The notes under the pieces were generated by a model. That model saw only the letters and a program-made list of their open reading frames with translations. It was not told where the DNA came from and ran no database searches. From Catajapyx aquilonaris (Eukaryota), in NCBI GenBank assembly GCA_000934665.2, contig JYFJ02004063.1, forward strand, positions 1-35,159: a stretch of 35,159 nucleotides of DNA, given 5' to 3'. Within the stretch, counting starts at the first letter, position 1. Each line of letters opens with the position of its first letter. Positions 32,434-35,159 of this stretch are shown in pieces. A program made the position numbers and the translations under genes.

Positions 32434-34468
32434 CTTAGAAAACTTATGATGATGTCGATGGGGAAATAGAGGCATATTTTTTACTTTCCTTGTCTGAGAG
32501 TAGTGTTGAAATCTGGTGTCCCCTCGGGAGAACACAAAGAGACAATTTCACCCACATTTGGACAAGTAAAGTATGTGTGTGGATTTTGTACGCTTTGTTG
32601 AACTGTATTTTAATGAATCCATATAATTTAAACGAGATTACATGGCAATTGGTTAACATGGCAACAGTTGCAACAATGCTTGATAGTTTTTGATTGTGAC
32701 TAAATTACAACCCCTTGTTTCCGCGGCCTGTTTCCGTGGTAATGCAATCGACACCAATCAATCATTGGTGATATTAGGAAGCTATGGATATTGCTGAATG
32801 TCACTGTTGCCATGGTAATGTAATCAACAACTGTTATAGCCATACTAGGTTACATTTTCCTAGCATCCCATAATTATAGGAAATGGCAATTTTCTCGCGA
32901 ACAAGCATTCAGAAAAATGTTTTATCTTGATATTTGTGTTTTGGGAACTACTATGAACTAATTGAAACAAAAAAAGATCAAAAATTCGACAAAAAATTTT
33001 CCCGACATATCTGGGTTAAGAAACTCCCTTACTGGCCTCATCATGAGGTAATGCATCACGTATATTGAAAGGTTGACCCCAGGGAGCGAGACTTGTCATA
33101 TCTTCCATGTCACTTGCCCACATCAATGTAAACAGTCGCAACAATATTGGACAGCACAGGGGATTAGGCTGGTGGATGTCTGCCCCTATTTTGAGTAATA
33201 TAGCCACCTCTGACAGAGATGGAAGCATGTTACAAGGGATGCATTCTAGCATTCTTGATGGAAACCTATTATGAACAGCTTCCATGCAAGAGGGTGTAAC
33301 TAGTCAGTTTTGACACAAAAAGGTTTATTTTTCATGCCTTATAATTTTTATAGCCTAGAATTTCAGTTCTGTCTACTCATTCAATTATAATTAAATGAAT
33401 AATGCAGCAGTGATAGCCTCACAGTGCTTTCCACACATTACCTGGCAGGCTCATTTCCTGAGACTTACCTGTGGATCGAATATATTGATACTTCCTGTAT
33501 ACTACCTGCACAGGTAGTACTTGCATTAAGTAAAATTCAACCAATATATTGTTTCATATAGGTGACATTTTGTTATGTGCAAAATTTCATTATAATCTGT
33601 GGAAGGAGATGTGACATGTAGCACAAAGAAGGGAATGTGGAGGACCGTGCTGTGTATGCGAAACACACGTCCGTTAAGTTGGCCCTAACACTTTCGGAAA
33701 TTTTTTGTTTGATCATGGCAATCGTTTGTGCTTCGTTTGTGCCTGTTTGTGCTGAAAACTGAAGAGCTCTATCTCTCACCATTCTTGAGATATTAATTCT
33801 TACTTTTTGGGGCCAGCCTGACGACCTTGAGAAATTTGAATTTTCAGGGCGGCATTCGTTTGTGCCTTTTGGTGGCTGATTCAATGGGCAGCAATGAAAT
33901 GAAATTTTGAACTCTTCTGCTTGGCTTAGGGATGGAGTTGCGCTTTGTGTTGGTGATGCTATATGGCTTTATGTTACCACAACAGTGCTGGCCTTTGTTG
34001 TGGTTCTGCCAGGCACGGTTCGTAGCCCTGCAGGATATTTTTAGTTAATGCGGAGCGTAAGCGGAGCTGGGCGCTTATTTTGGGTTTCGTATCCGCAACA
34101 TTTCTGTCCGTCTTGTGGTGCCGCAGGCCAACGAACGTTATTGTTGGTCTAATGCTGCTGACCGAGATGTAGACTACACGGCGGGGGAGAAAATAAAAAA
34201 AGTCACATAGAACACTTTACATAGTGGGAAAACGCTGTAGTTTCGCCAGCAGCATTTTTTAAAGCCATCATATCGGCATGTAATATCCCCGTCTTATTAG
34301 GGTTAAAGCCTGATATTCCACATGCTAATAACCCAACAGATGCAGCAACTCGGGTTTACCCCTGTATTTAGTTTCATGAAATGATGAAGTAGTGTGAGAC
34401 AATGCATGTGCTCTCTTATGGGTTTGTAAGAGAAAGATAGACACACTAATGGAATTGACTGTTTACAG

Positions 34469-34647
34469 ATCTGGAGCACAATAACCCCATCCAGATAGTA
34501 TACGTTCCATCTCATTTGTACCACATGGTATTTGAACTGTTCAAAAATGCAATGAGAGCTGTTGTGGAGTACCATGGCCCTGCATGTGACGAGTACCCTC
34601 CAATTGAAGTCCTGATAGTGAAGGGCCAGGAGGACATCACCATTAGA
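34469..34647 (+). CDS. Pdk: PDK exon 5
   Basis: Acceptor tttacag|; [25 protein letters not shown] (GHKL N-box); donor AGA|GTAAGT. Confidence 0.95.
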
Positions 34648-34711
34648 GTAAGTACCATATTACTTTGTGTGATTGTGTCAGACCAAGGAAAGTTCACTGT
34701 AAATTTTGCAG

Positions 34712-34826
34712 ATGGCTGATCGTGGGGGAGGTATATCTCGAAGTATGTTGGATCTCCTCTTCAACTACATGTATTCAACTGCCCCACAGCCACCCGTGTC
34801 TGGTGCCAACACAGTTCCACTTGCTG
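34712..34826 (+). CDS. Pdk: PDK exon 6 (gene continues beyond window)
   Basis: Acceptor ttttgcag|; [11 protein letters not shown]...[10 protein letters not shown]...PLA(G) (G1 box DxGGG); donor G|GTGAGT. Confidence 0.95.
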
Positions 34827-35159
34827 GTGAGTTTTACTTTTTTTTTAATGTAATAGTATCAGGAACAACTCAAATTAGAAATTATCATGGTGCATGGCAT
34901 AATTGAGGAGCTCGCGCGCAGAAGGGCACATATCACATAAGGTCATATTTGGGGAAATCAAGGAAAACTGTTCTCGCTTTCCAGACTCGCTGGGAATGTG
35001 AGTCATGGTATCAGTGCAGAGTGCTAGTGATAATAAGGCAGTCGGCAGAGCAAATTAACTTAGAATATGCCCATCTATTAATTTTAAAAAATTTAAATGT
35101 TGGATATGTGTCCATATGCTCGAGACATACCACTTTGTGCCCTTTTGAAGGCAACAGGT

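Larger units (their letters stand above)
31262..32500 (-). mobile_element. 5'-truncated LINE 3' end (C-terminal CCHC finger, RTEX-like), split by two SINEs
   Basis: CDYC...QTLHHFIFECPVFNGPRERYL followed by a 3'UTR and A-rich tail. The FSKYY codons occur on both sides of the SINE pair. Confidence 0.7.
30388..33015. mobile_element. piggyBac-like shell containing multiple retroelement insertions
   Basis: TTAA|CCCAGATATG ... CATATCTGGG|TTAA; subterminal palindrome GTGCCCCCTACAGGGGACAC near the left end. Confidence 0.6.

Noticed and set aside
33016..33285. 89-aa minus-strand ORF in PDK intron 4
   Set aside because: No recognisable motif or clear splice context; cannot be supported without a search.

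Overview
Eukaryotic, very probably arthropod, genomic DNA (inferred from DRE promoter motifs, PDK and CDV3 peptide style, and Talua-like/V-domain SINEs). Two host genes lie head-to-head. The first coding exon of a CDV3 homologue is on the minus strand (ATG 7842). Six coding exons of a mitochondrial pyruvate dehydrogenase kinase (PDK) are on the plus strand (15101-34826), and the gene continues beyond the window. Between them sits a hAT (Blackjack-like) transposon whose ~655-aa transposase is split by one 1-nt frameshift. Much of the rest is nested mobile DNA: 13 tRNA-derived SINE copies of five families, mostly with clear 9-16 bp TSDs, two relic LINE 3' ends, and many MITE/foldback elements (Tc1/mariner, piggyBac, hAT, P-like, Sola-like, Harbinger-like). 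The most interesting signal is a 3'-terminal structure (CCCC/GGGG outer stem plus an inner hairpin of variable sequence but conserved pairing) shared by four SINE families and a LINE fragment in this window. Also notable are a consensus splice donor 18 nt upstream of the CDV3 ATG and a uORF overlapping the PDK start. All calls were made by eye with no database searches; family names come from recalled consensus motifs.
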